This document shows positions 27,860 through 41,190 of a stretch of DNA of 64,000 nt, piece after piece (the first letter of the stretch is position 1; the number at the start of each line of letters is the position of its first letter). The DNA is from Bigelowiella natans CCMP2755. Lineage: Eukaryota; Protista; Cercozoa. The stretch spans positions 1 to 64,000 of the forward strand of contig ADNK01001131.1 of assembly GCA_000320545.1 (NCBI GenBank), written 5' to 3'. A program made the position numbers and the translations under genes. The notes under the pieces are model-generated. The model was not told where the DNA came from. It saw only the letters and a list, made by a program, of their open reading frames with translations, and searched no databases.

Positions 27860-28580
27860 CCCCCCCTCCCCCCCCCCCCACACACACTAACACATGGCTA
27901 TTTATCATTAGATGATGACTACACTACATATTATGATGACCGGAAATCAAGCAAATTATCCCTTTCACTTTTTCCATAGTCTTGATGATCCTAGAGTATT
28001 GGATTATAATACTACAGGTTAGGAACGATTCTTAAGGGAGAAGGTTATCTTTTTCTAAAAGATGATTGATGAGAAGAGAGGGGGACACATAAAAGACAGA
28101 CATGCATGCTGCATTCTCATTTGATGACCATCCACCAATAGATGTACCCACAACAGCAAATTGATGTTTTTGTATATATTAAAACAATGGAAGTGATGCT
28201 ACCACTGCACTTTCTTCCACATTTTGGCTACTTCCGGCAACATAACATCGTCATCGTCATCATCATCATCATAAAGCCCCCCCCCCCCCCCCCCTCTCAT
28301 ATATATTGAACAACCACCTGCTGAATTGCGTTGTTCGTAATATGCATGATATCATCGTCAAAATTGGCGTTTTGGTACCTTGATATGTATCATGATATGG
28401 ACGCAATAGAATGATGATGATGATGGTGATGGTGATGATGGTGATGATGGTGATGATGGTGACGATGGTGATGATCTAAAAGCTGATCACCTTTTGCTAG
28501 ATACCCGTAGAACTCCCTCATCGTAAGTGTAAACCTTCACAAGATAGTAGTAGTAGTAATACTTGTCAAACTCGACAAAG

Positions 28581-28617
<37 letters not shown>

Positions 28618-29528
28618 GATTTGCCAAGTTCTTATGCTTATTATTATTACTATAACAAATATCACTCCTAAAGACGCCTGGTATGAAGTAATAATGACAA
28701 CACTACTACGGCAAGATTAGGTAAAATCTCTGCAACGTTGGTGAATTATTCTTCCATGAATGATGATGATGATGATGATGATGATGACATAAATACCTTA
28801 AGTTTAGTGTCTGAGTAGGCTGTTACCACGTGCCACGTTCTGATATCGAATTTGCGGCCTTGTTGTGCATGCAATATCACCAAGAACATATATATTGTGC
28901 TATTCAATTGTTTATTTTGCGTAAGTGAGTAAAGAGAAGAGGGAAGTGGTTGGCACCATGCCCCTATCCCTTCTAAAGGACATAATTAAATGAGTGAAAT
29001 TGTGTGATGGTTAGGAGCAGCTACGATTATTACCTTCCACAAGCATCGGATTTTCAATATACTTCTGTATCACCCACACACCTGACAACATGGTCTATTG
29101 TAGGAGGAGCAAGCAGACATGTCCTTTCTCTTCTTCTTCTTCTCGACCGACACTTTCCTACTAGTGCCGCTACTACTACTAGCGCTAGCTTTCATGCACA
29201 GAGAAGAACAAATACGATGATGATGATGATGATGATGAGGAGGAGGATGAGGATGAGGATGAATTAAACCTTCAAGATTATCAATGAAATCCAGAAGATC
29301 ATTTGCTTTATTTGACACTTTGATATCTTTTCCCTTAGAGTTGGAAGAGGTAATTAATTAATACACCGTTGCATCTTTGAGTCGTGCAGCACTTGTAGTA
29401 GTGTCTTAATGCTGCTGCTACTGCTGCTGCTACTACTACAATAAAGACCTGCTGACCTAATCTCAATGATGTGGAAAAACTACCAAACAAGATAACTAGG
29501 AGGAGGATTGTTGATGAAAATTGTGACT

Positions 29529-29567
<39 letters not shown>

Positions 29568-30840
29568 ATGTGTGTGTGTCATGATCCATACCTTAAACCC
29601 CAACGTGCTCTTTGCAATCCATGCATTCGAGGAGGAGGAGGAGGAGGTGGAGGAGGAGGAGGACCTTTGAATAACAACATAGTCATCCAGTGAGACGAAT
29701 GGTTTGCGCAAACCTTCACCTACCATCTCTATGAAGCACCTTTGTTATTATGGGTGCCGTTTGATTGGCAATAACTACATTCTCTCCCTTGGCCAATGAT
29801 AATCACCATACATCATACTGCAGCAACTTCTACTACCGTTGGCGTTGTTCAAATGCCTCCATAAACGCCTTCCTCTCGTCTGGCTTGACTTTTTTTTTCT
29901 TAGTATTCTTCTTCTTGCTAGGGAGCTTGTCATCATCATCGCCAATATCATCATTCTTCTGCTGCTTTCGAGAAGCAGGTGGTTGTAGCGCCTATGAGTA
30001 GTAGTAGTAGTAGTGCAAGTGTGAGGAGGTATTGTGATGATGCAGCTAAGTTGTAACCAAAAGTTGGATAACGACACCATTGAGTAGTAAGGCAGCAGAT
30101 TTAGTAGTAATCAACTATATTGATTGAGATGTGACTTAATTGAGTAATAACATTCAGTAGGCGTAGACTTGCTTCTATGTAAATTGATGATGATATATAC
30201 TTCAGATGTATAAAATAAACACTAATTTACATGTAATTGTAGTAGTAGTCACACACACACACACACACACAAATACATGCAGACCTCCTTATTCTCCTTC
30301 TTGACGTTAGTTTCCTCACCGTCATGATCTCCATCGTGTTCTTTCTTCATTTCTTCCTTCTGATATGGATGATGATGATGATAATAGTGGTTTGTGGTGT
30401 GAAAGAAATCATCACAGACTATTTTCATTATCATATATCCTAAAGTACTTCTTCGTTTGTCGTGGTTGTTTTGCATCATCGATCGATAATAAGTAAAATG
30501 CTCACCACACCCTATCTTTATTGTCGTTTGCGCCATTTGGATTATCATCATCATCATTTGATATGATGGTGCTTTGGCCGCCTCCTTCCAAATTATGTTC
30601 TTGTTCCGCCTCGTCGTTATCATCATCATTTTTCTTCAACTGCCTTGACCGGATTATGTAGGATTCTGGCATCAGCTCCCTAACATACCAGTAGTAATTA
30701 GAGGAGAGTAGTAAGCATTGTTGTATCTTGGTGGTAATAAGCGAGAGGGTGATGAAGAATCTGTGAGAAATTCGACTTAGTTATTTTTATCACCACCATT
30801 ATCATCATCATCATCATCATCATTATTACTATTGTTATTC

Positions 30841-30873
<33 letters not shown>

Positions 30874-31257
30874 CTAAAGTGCATGCACGACACAGCTGCT
30901 CCTCCTCCTCTCCCATTAGCTGGTGAAATTTGTCTTATTGCAGTAGTCTGAATACTGTTATCCTGGTCTTTCATCGTCGTCGTGAAAGATTTAATGAAGA
31001 GTCTAATTTATCATGCTTGATAACACAACTATATGGCTACTACTACTCATCACCTGTAATCGATGCTGCGATCATCACTATCATCATTGCTGTTGGCACG
31101 ACGGTTCTTGATGTCCTCACAATATTCTTTCAGGTTTCTTGCAAGCCTCGCTTTGTTGCAGATTTCCTTCATACCTGGTCATCATCATTTATCATCAAAT
31201 TGTTATTGTTGGTGACATAGCACCCACAGGGATGATAAAGGACATCGTAAGGGGAAA

Positions 31258-31289
<32 letters not shown>

Positions 31290-31583
31290 GGCGAAGACGA
31301 TGATATCATGGTTTTTACATACTACCTCTTAGAAAATTTGTGATTATTTTCCTTTTTCGCCCAACAGTAAGCTTAGAATACTTTATTCTTCCTGAATGAT
31401 GATAATAGGGTGGTGGTGGTGGCAATGATGGATGCAGCAAATAAAACCGTGTTCTTCTGAGATATCATCATCATAAATAACAAAATGCAGAGCACACACT
31501 ACTTGCTCTCCAACAAGCACATGGTGTACAAGATATTCATTATCTTGATGCTGCTTTTGTAACGACGTGCAACAACCCCTTTG

Positions 31584-31667
<84 letters not shown>

Positions 31668-31701
31668 CCACACAAACATGATAATATACTATTTTTATTA
31701 T

Positions 31702-31737
<36 letters not shown>

Positions 31738-32093
31738 ATAGGCACGGGAATCGTCGTCATCTTCGTCCGATTGACGGAATAGTTACCTCGATCTGCAAGA
31801 AACAGATTATATGTGCGTTTTGCCACCTAACCATCATATGGCCCCTTCTTCGTTAGTAAATGGTTGTTTCCACAATGATGGCAAGAACGTTTCACATGTT
31901 TGGATTGGAAGATGAGAGCAAATATACAACATGTCAATAAATAGCAACAACAATAACAACAACCGGTTTGCTTTGCCAGTAGCCCTTCTTCTTCAGCTCC
32001 TATCAAACCACAACATAAGTATGTCTATGTAATAAGTATATTCTAATATGCATATACATACAAAATATATGTGGTTTGCGGGCAAAGGGTTGG

Positions 32094-32145
<52 letters not shown>

Positions 32146-32620
32146 GTTGACCTCGATTGCATAGAGAACCATGTTGCTGATCGTAGCGTCTTTGCCAACA
32201 GCATAGGTGTAATGGCTGCCATTAGTGTGGCGAGCAACTTTGCTGTCTGTTGTTTGATTTGATGCTTCCTCATCACATTTTTCCTTAACGGAGGACGGAA
32301 CGATGGGGTCTTCACCGTTGTCGTGAGAGGCCGCTGCGGTGGTAGATTTGATAGCGTCCTGTTTCTGCATCTTCTCAGGCTACTCGCAAATAGGCAGCAC
32401 GAATCGTTAAACGTTAGATTGGATACGAGTAACAATGCCATGCAGAATTATGCAACAAATTATCTGAAAAAAGCTTGCTTTAGCATATATGTTCATTTCT
32501 ATCTACAGTGCGAGAGTGCTGATTTGAATGACTATTACTACCTGTTTGCATCACGATTCTGGTGGTTGTTGTTGTTCTGGGGTCGGATAATACTTGCAAC
32601 CACTGCTCCTCGCAATTTAG
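26501..32620 (-). CDS. Tubulin-tyrosine-ligase-like (TTLL) protein, multi-exon, ends approximate
   Basis: WIAKS, KYIENPMLVEG|RKFDIRTWHVVT, VYTYDEGVLR, MHITNNAIQQ and YQILGYDFVITEDGNVRLLE|VNLTPG are diagnostic TTL ATP-grasp motifs. Confidence 0.85.
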
Positions 32621-32789
32621 AGCTGAAACTGATCGATTTTTGCACAGAATATTCCAAAATATTAACCTACATTTTCGCCTTGCGTCAAGGTTTTCACTGG
32701 GTGTAAGATTGTTTTCATACAGGGAGATTCGTCCAAGAGTAGATTATACATGTCTCCCACACAACGACATTCTGTCCATGGAATGAACA

Positions 32790-33060
32790 CTAAATATCGC
32801 CATTTTTTCATCTGATTTACGAATGGAATTAGGATAGATAAATCTTAAAAAAAGCTTCCGTCCTGGGTACCACCCTTCGAAGTAAGTAGTTAAACGTCAA
32901 CGTTAAGTCTTCGAAGTTCATCAAATTGATCATAAATCAAATGGATTTATATCATGCGACAACCTATAAATCGAATATTTCATTAAATATGCTTACAAAA
33001 TTCAAAAATTTCAAATTTTCAAAACGCATCGAAGTAACCTCATCCCCTCATCCTCACCCC
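32790..33060. promoter_or_regulatory. Probable short bidirectional promoter between the TTLL and RmlC-fusion genes
   Basis: AT-rich, microsatellite-free spacer between divergent 5' ends; positional inference only. Confidence 0.4.
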
Positions 33061-33064
33061 CATC

Positions 33065-34287
33065 ATGCTATGGGAAGAGAAGGAAAAAGCGGAAAAAGCG
33101 GAAAAAGCGGAAAAAGCGAAAGATGAAATCGCGGAAAAAGTGAAAGATGAGAAAGGAGAAGATCTTAAGAAGGTCTTCGCATTAGGCCTTGAGAACATTC
33201 AATTCAAACGTTATGTGGAAGTTAGGTAACAACCAATGTTGTTATTATCAACATCCATGTTCTAAACAGGAAAAACTCAAGAAGAAACCACAAGGGCGAC
33301 CAAAACTTGAGAAGAAAATGTTGAACATCCGTGATGCATACACTCTTGATCCACCAAGGTTCGAAAATTGCCTGTAAATATGTACTACAGCAGAAACGTT
33401 CTTCAAAATGCAGATCTTAAGAATGTGTAGAATTAAACGGATTATGTAACCTAACTACAGGTACAAAGACTGGAGAGGATATTTCCAGGAACTCTACAAT
33501 GACAACACGTAATAATACATACTATGATATATTTGCTATATCCAAATGCTAAATCATAGCTCATCTTCCGAATTGCCCATTCATAAAGAAATGCTCTCTG
33601 CTTCTTTACAGCTACCCAGCCCTTAAATTCAAGCAGTTTTCAATTTCAAGATCACATAAGGATGTGCTCAGAGGTGGACGAAGCTTAATATCCATATTCT
33701 TTAAGTATCTTAAAAGAAGATAAAGAAATCGAGATGTTGAAGTGATGAGGGGGAGGAGGATGACAAAATAGTCCGGCTATGTGAGGAAGCGACGACAACA
33801 CTACCCACGATACCGATTTCTTGTGATAATAGCAACAGCATTATAAAAGTAACACCACACCTTCTTGTGTTTTCACGACTCCTACAGGGCTACATTGCTC
33901 CTTTTTTGGCAAATTTGTTTCATGCTTTGAAGGTAGTAGTAGTAGTAGTAGTAGAAATAGTTATAGTACAGTGTTGCTGGTTAGTGCGTGCGTCAATCAT
34001 CTAGCAGCTTAGCAGGAGAACGGAATTCTCCGTAGAACAATAAGTTAATTACCTAGTAATCCACTATCTAAAATGATATCGCAACTACTACTACTACTAC
34101 TATTACCACTACTGCTACTGCTAGTCCCACCCACCTTAATTTTAAAGGGCGCTCATTATGTATGTTGCTGCTGCTGCTTCACATTGCTCCGTGCAATAGT
34201 AGTGGTAGAGGCAGTAGCGGTAGTCAAAGCTGCTTTTTTAGAAAAGGGAGAGGGCGATATGTATTGTAAAAACGCACACACATACAC

Positions 34288-34323
<36 letters not shown>

Positions 34324-35690
34324 CATAGGCATGCACATGTAACGAGCACATTCCCTTAGTTATGATGTATTATTTGTTTTAGGCGCTATTTGGGACTGTT
34401 TTGTGGACCTAAGGCCTGATTCTCCTACTTTCAAGCAATGGTGTGCACGGTTACTCTCAGAAGAAAACGGTTGTCAGATGTATGTACCACCAAGGTACTA
34501 TCATATCACCTGTTATAATAACGTATAGCTTCAAGTAAGAAATATATCAATGGCAAATGATAATTTAGCAATGATACTGATAATAATAATGGTAGTAATA
34601 ATAATTATTATAGTAATAATAATACTGATTTACACTGTGAATGAAAGGTGTGCTCACGGATTCCTGGCCTTGAGAGACAATTCCAAAATTCTTTACATGC
34701 AAGAAGACAGGTACTAACTTGCTCTCATCATCAATCATCATCATCATCATCATCATCATCATTATTATTATTGTAAGCGATATATATGAGGGTGCTTATA
34801 TCTTCTTCATCTTCTCTATCATCATCATGATCAGCTTCACACCAGAACGAGATGTCTGCATTCATCCACTTGATGAAGAAATCGGAATTGAGTGGCCAAA
34901 GGTTGTACTATCATTACCACCATCATCATCATCATCATTATCATCATCATTAAAGTTAATCGGTGCATTGGCAGTTGTATGCTCAAGTTGCTGGTTTCGC
35001 TGCTATACATTATTGCTATTGCACTCACTCACCTGCTGTCCCTGCTAATCCTATAAGAGCGGCTATCTTCGCACATTATCCTCCTAATAGCATGGCTACT
35101 ACTTTCCTCCTGCTTTATATTTGTTGATGATTACACAATGTTATTGGTTGTGATGGTATATCAGCCCGAAAAGGAATACATAATGTCAAATAAGGACAAA
35201 AACGCTCCTACCCTCAAAGAGGTGCGTATGTATGTAAGTATGGCGATGTAACGGCGGACTTGTTAATCACAGTTCTACCCGTCGTATTGTCGTTCAATAT
35301 GATGCTTAGAAAGAAAGAAAGCAGGCACTGATTATTATCACTGATTAATAGGAATAGTAATAACAATAACAAGAATAGTACATATTGATGAAAGAGTCAT
35401 TATTCTTCATTGTATTGTTTGCTTTTCCTTCTTCTCACAATCTCACATAGATTTTGCCACGGCTTCTGAGCGAAGTAGAGCCAGAGAAAGCAGGCTCGAC
35501 GGTAGGCTACTAACAGCTGTTGTAGTAGTAAAAGCAGTATGCTGCTACTGATTTTTTTAAATTATTCCACCACCCCCCTCCCCTTTTCTCTCCATTCCCT
35601 CTCCTCTTTCGTTCCTATTAATTAATACTATGATCACATTCACACTCTGGGCAGTCCTCCTCCTCCTCCTCCTCCTCCTCCTCCTCCTCT

Positions 35691-35721
<31 letters not shown>

Positions 35722-35793
35722 TTATTATTATAATAACTATTATCAATCATCATCACCATCTCATTATCCCTTAGCTGGAAGAAAGTCATAGCA

Positions 35794-35849
<56 letters not shown>

Positions 35850-36588
35850 TTGACACACTGACACACTGACACGCATACAGGTTGATTACGTTGTGATGGG
35901 GTCTCAAGGGTTTCTCGGGGAGTCTATTCTTCGAATTCTAAAAGACCAAAAAAAGGTTGGTAATAGTTTGGTGGATGATGGATGATGGCATGCATGCTCT
36001 ATTTAGATGACGAGGACGATAGTTATCTGATCATAGTGTGAATTGTTATGAGGATTGTGATATCAATATTGCAGTAAGTGGTAATAGTTGAGAATAACAA
36101 CAACAACAACAACAACAACTACTACTACTACAGAGCTACGCTATCATGCCGGACAGTGTGCAAATGAGCGATCGGAAGACTATCACGGTGCTTCTTTTTA
36201 TGATGACGTGCTTAATTAATGAATATTTTTGATCGATGGTGCTGCTACTAGTACCACTATTGCTGATGCTGCTCATGTATAACAACAACAATAACAATAA
36301 AAATAATAATAATAGTAATAATAATAAGAATGATTTTTAATAATATTGATGAACCGAAGCTGCCGACAGCACAGAGAAATCATTTCGCGACAGTTGAGAT
36401 AGTGTTAAATGATGATGATGATGATGATGTTTCTTATTGCTTTTGGTGCAGACAAGGATACGTCCATCATACATGTATCATCATCATAATCATTATCATC
36501 ATCATCATACATCTAGGAATTCGTGAAGCGCTGGAACCCGAAATACCTCATTTGTGATGCGGGTAGAGAGCAGCCTCTCTAAAATATG

Positions 36589-36623
<35 letters not shown>

Positions 36624-36891
36624 TGGGCAACGATTCTACCTCATCGATATTATCAACATCATCATCACCATTATCATCTTCCCCATCACATCATTATCAT
36701 GTACAAGAACAAGGGAACAACAAATCGCTTCTCTTCTCACTTTCATACTGCCTTCATCGTTTGCATTTGAATGATGATCACCCACCGATTTGCTAGCTGG
36801 AAAGCAACAAGTCCAAGCACTATTAAAACAAGCAACAGCAATCGATCGATTGATGTTGTTGATGTAAAAATAGGAGATCCAAGTTTTAAGG

Positions 36892-36925
<34 letters not shown>

Positions 36926-39900
36926 GCAACGAGCTGGTGCTGCTGAAGACCAGGAGGATAATAAGAGATACAAGGCTAAGGCGATTGACATTAACGTTAC
37001 TGGTTGTTATCATGCTCTCATCATCATCATCATCATCATCAGTAGCAGCACCATTATCATGGCCAATGATGAAATACTACCACCTCCTTTTGTTCTTTCA
37101 CCTATCACCATTCTTTTGCCTTCTTCTTCTTCTTCTTCTTCTTCTTCTCCTTCTCCTTCTCCTTCTCTAGGCCAGCTGAATGTTGCTGAAATATGCAGAG
37201 AGCTTGGCATTCATTGCACTCTCTTTGAGCATACAACAGCAGGATGCTCCTACTCAACGCCAGCCATCAAAAGAACAACAACCTCATCATCAAAATCATC
37301 ATCATCATCATCATTACCATCATCACTTATAGCACCATGTCTCCGAAAGGGTAGAAGGAGAGAGTTTGAGAGTTTAGTATGTTTCATGATGAAAAGAAGG
37401 AATAAGAATGAACAAATGAATGAATGAGTGTGTAAATGAGTGAATGAACAAAACATTAATATCACTGCCATTAAAATAATAATAACCACACCAATGATTA
37501 AGAAGACGAAGAAGGAGAAGAAGAAGGATATACTAAAAACGATCTATTGGATTTGAATGGTATGGCATCGTTGTTATCTGATGAATTCAGCAGCAGCAGC
37601 TGATGATACTCTATTGAGAAGTAGGCCCATCTTGCACTGCATGTTACGACATGAATGGAATGATGAAGCCACTCTTCGTCCTCCCTTTTCTCCTCTCTTC
37701 ATTCTTTATTCTAAGAGAATAAGAAGAAGTAGAAGAAGATGAACGAGGAGGGCGGGAAGAGTGAGAGACAAAAAAAAAGTGAGAGAATATGTTCAGGTGC
37801 TCACCATTTAAACAAACGTATGAGTATTGCACTCGAGCTGCTCATGAGCCAGTAAGTTCCTACTAGTACATCGACATTATCATTTAACAACATTTACCGC
37901 CTAGTCGTCCATAAGAATAGAATAGAATTTATATTCATGCTGCTACTACCACTACTACTTCTACTACTCCTTCTACTAAAAATTAAAATAATACCCACGA
38001 TGATGTCCTTGCGGCATCAGCAGCTCAACAGTATCACCAATTACAGTATAAATTCAATACATAGCACGTGTTGCTGCTAAAACTACTCCCTTATGTTATA
38101 TTGACGATAACCCTCTATCATTATTTCCTTCCTCTTCCTCCTCCTGTAGACGATATTTATGGTTATTGTGTTGTTGTTGTTGTTGTTGTTGATAACGAAG
38201 GTTTTCAAACGTCCTGTTGCTTCGCATCGCCCTTCCTATTGATTCGTAAGTTGTTGGCTACAATGCCTGACGACGTCGATTTTGCTCTTACGATACGTAC
38301 TTAGAGATGATGTTAAAACCGCAAGTGAATAGGGCTACTAATTCTACTGCTCTTCCTTCCTCACTTGACGAATCACCCACCATTTCTGTTGTGTTCGTCA
38401 TTTTTATCTTCATGCAAGCTCAAGGGTCAGTTGCTCCTCATATTTCTTCTATGTTGTTGTTTGATATATCAATGACAGGTTCGGTCACTCATCTTCCTTT
38501 CAATCTTATCTGCTCTCTCAAAACTCCAATGCAGGCAGTGAAGAAGGCGAAAAGGTCAAGAATCTCATAAAATCAGAAGAATAATTGAAAATCACGATAA
38601 ACACGGACGTTCATGAAAAATGATTGGTATCAAGTAGTAGCATTGTGAGGCAAGAAATAGTAGAAATCATTGGAACAATCTTTTGCCAATGTTGGCGAAT
38701 CATTGTAACATGGAAATAATATCGTTTGTAGAACGTTCAATATGGTTCATACAAAAACAATCAAAAGAAAAAACTGTGCTGTATTTTCTACTCCTATACC
38801 AGAGCGAAGAACCTGAGAGCACAAGTGCTGGCATCTCTTGCATTCCAACTTCGTACACAATCGTGAATTCTCTTTTCCCGTTAATACCTCAAATGGCAGC
38901 TGAAGGCGTCACAGGTATTACTACTCCATAGAAGTCACAACAGAAGCTGTGTACCATGTTAATCTTATTCTTTGGGGATGAATAACCACAAAGAATAACC
39001 ATGAAGAATGCATAGCCTTTTTACTACAATGGGCATGGGAAAATATAGAGGGGAGGGGTGGGCGAGGGTGTAGAAGCGGAAAGAGGGGAGGAGAATTCTG
39101 GTGCTGCTGTAAGTGCCATGCCGTTTGTCACAAATTTAATTTTGAGTTCTAGTCTTTTTACCGATTCATTTTCGACGCGGCTTGTATCGTCTGCTATTCT
39201 TACAACTGCCGACTATATTGTGTGTACACGAAGGAATCTACAACTTCGCTAATCCCGGAGTAACAACAGATAAATACATTTTGAAGATGTATCAGAAGCA
39301 TGTAAGTAGCGTAGCAGCAGTAGCAGAAGATGATCTGGGCAGGATAGCGACTACACTCACTTTACAGAGACTATTTAGTAGCATATAAACAGTATTTTTA
39401 ATGTAAGTGCTCGTCTACACACAAACGACACGTGTAAAGTAATGATCTTTATGCAATCCATGTTTTCGCAAGAACTTTCGTCTATAACAGTTGTCTGTAA
39501 ACACTGTCTTCACTACGAACTTCGACACCACTAGGTCGATTCAACATGCAAATGGAAAGAAACCAAAAAAAAGGTAGCATTTGATGGAGCAGCTACACAT
39601 TGCAAATATTAACTCTCAACAAAAGCTCTGATCATGATCTGCAAATATTTAACTTGGTAGGATCACCGCAAACAGATCTCTTTTCAGCTCGATGTGACAA
39701 AGCTTCTCAAGATATTTCCGGATATTCCACATGGTAGCTTATTGTTGTTGAAATAGAGATGGTTGATAGATAATTTGCAGGATAAGGGGAAAAGAGAAAG
39801 CAAATGTGCTTTCCCAACGTTTTGCTCTTTCAAGATACATCTTCGTCTCTCATTGATGTGTAATTTGATGTTTTAGTTGAGAAAGCTGCGGAGCTGTCCA

Positions 39901-39983
39901 TGCAGAAACAAGGAACACGCAAACGTGCTACCAATGAAACCGCTCAAAAGAAACTGAAAGAGAAATTAGTTGCAGATTCTTGA
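33065..39983 (+). CDS. RmlC (dTDP-4-dehydrorhamnose 3,5-epimerase) fused to an NRS/ER- or RmlD-like SDR reductase domain
   Basis: RmlC: DWRGYFQELYN, VLRG|LHCS..GKFVSC, VDLRPDSPTF, YVPPR|CAHGFLAL, IGIEWP, MSNKD. SDR part: VMGSQGFLG, INVTG|QLNVAEICRELGIH, GIYNFANPG, LDVTKL; stop TGA at 39981-39983. Confidence 0.85.
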
Positions 39984-39999
39984 GACATGTTAATCTCGC

Positions 40000-40825
40000 A
40001 TTTGAACATGCTGTTGATTTGTGCACGGTTCAAACGAATGTGTAGAGGATTAGCAAATCTGGAGTCTTGCATGGCTTCTTGGATGCAAGACGGATGTAAA
40101 GAATTGAATTGAATTTGTTCCATGGTCATCCTCACGTAGCTGTGCAATGCAACGGCTACAGCGGATGTGTTTGTGGACAGCAATTGAACCTGTGTTGCCC
40201 TGGCTAGATAGCTGGGCATTTTCCATTCTGCAGAACCAGACTAGCAGAAGTGAATCATGCAAAAACTCAGAGTGATGCAACAATGATGCAAACTTGTGAC
40301 CTGCTAGCCTGTCTAGCTGTGCATGTTTTCATCGTGCCATAACACGATGGTTGCAGATCGATGCACATTGCGGTGCAGAACTTTCATCACCAATGGGACA
40401 GAGCAGCAGACCATGGACTAGTGGAGCATGCTCCAGTTCTCAATTCCCAACCACAATCAGCAGCTAGGTGGGGGGAATGCCGCAAAGTTCGCAACGTGCC
40501 CAAAACGTCACCTGCTCTGCCAGTCTGGCACTGCGGACTTTCTCTGACCTGCTGCTGAACTGAATTGCTAGAATGACATGGCAAAAATCATGGGCGCAGC
40601 AGGTGCAAAGCGACCACATCGATCGCATCGCACGCAGAGTTGTCGATGTTGTTGTTGGAAGCCAGGCTAGCAGGTCAGCATCCGACCGCGCCACCTCCAG
40701 ACCTGTCCAGCTGTGGCCACACCTCTCCAGCTCTGCTGGACCTGCTCGTGACGCATCCGTGTCTAGTTGTCTCGCATGTGCCCACGCCAGCACGACTGTC
40801 ACACATCGCTGCGCCCAGCGCGCCA
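40000..40825. other. TpA-depleted island, left part; it is interrupted by the LTR element and continues at 46543-46830
   Basis: In 40321-40825 I find six TA, five of them inside CTAG; CpG is abundant. Confidence 0.8.
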
Positions 40826-41151
40826 TGTAGCGCGTACCACTACGCGGGCACAAGTCACGTGCGACAACAAAGGGGTTGTCGCGGATATAGAATATAGATA
40901 ACGTAGATATTAATACAGCATAGGCACGTGGGTTCCGGCGGGACTCATGGCAGCACACCGGAAGTGTGCTGCCCCACGTGCGGCGGCATTCGCGAAAGCT
41001 TCGCGAATGATTACGCAGTGCACGATTTAATAAAAATATAATCTTTAATAAAAATAAACACAACTCTTCAAAAGGAAGCAAACGTGCCTTTCCCCCCCCC
41101 TGCCTACTTGTGCACGTAGCGCCTCGGCCTGTGAACACCTTACGCGCAACA
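40826..41151 (+). repeat. 5' LTR
   Basis: TGTAGCGCGTA...TACGCGCAACA (10/11 terminal inverted repeat); duplicated TTTAATAAAAATA poly(A)-signal-like motif. Confidence 0.95.
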
Positions 41152-41156
41152 ACCTT

Positions 41157-41174
41157 TGGCTTCCACACACGGGA
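41157..41174 (+). promoter_or_regulatory. Primer-binding site TGGCTTCCACACACGGGA
   Basis: Starts with TGG 5 nt after the LTR; its reverse complement reads like a tRNA T-stem/acceptor 3' end ending G-CCA. tRNA identity not determined. Confidence 0.75.
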
Positions 41175-41190
41175 AACGATTTGACTAACA

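Noticed and set aside
31586-31737. (CA)n and (TG)n ~40 nt apart that could form an intronic hairpin
   Set aside because: Expected by chance at this microsatellite density.
33082-33150. GGAAAAAGC tandem repeat
   Set aside because: It encodes EKA repeats in the first exon of the RmlC fusion; not a separate element.
40464-41168. 234-aa antisense ORF over the 5' LTR (and 46170-46547 over the 3' LTR)
   Set aside because: No recognisable domain; it runs into a flank where TA loss removes TAA/TAG stops, which inflates ORF length.
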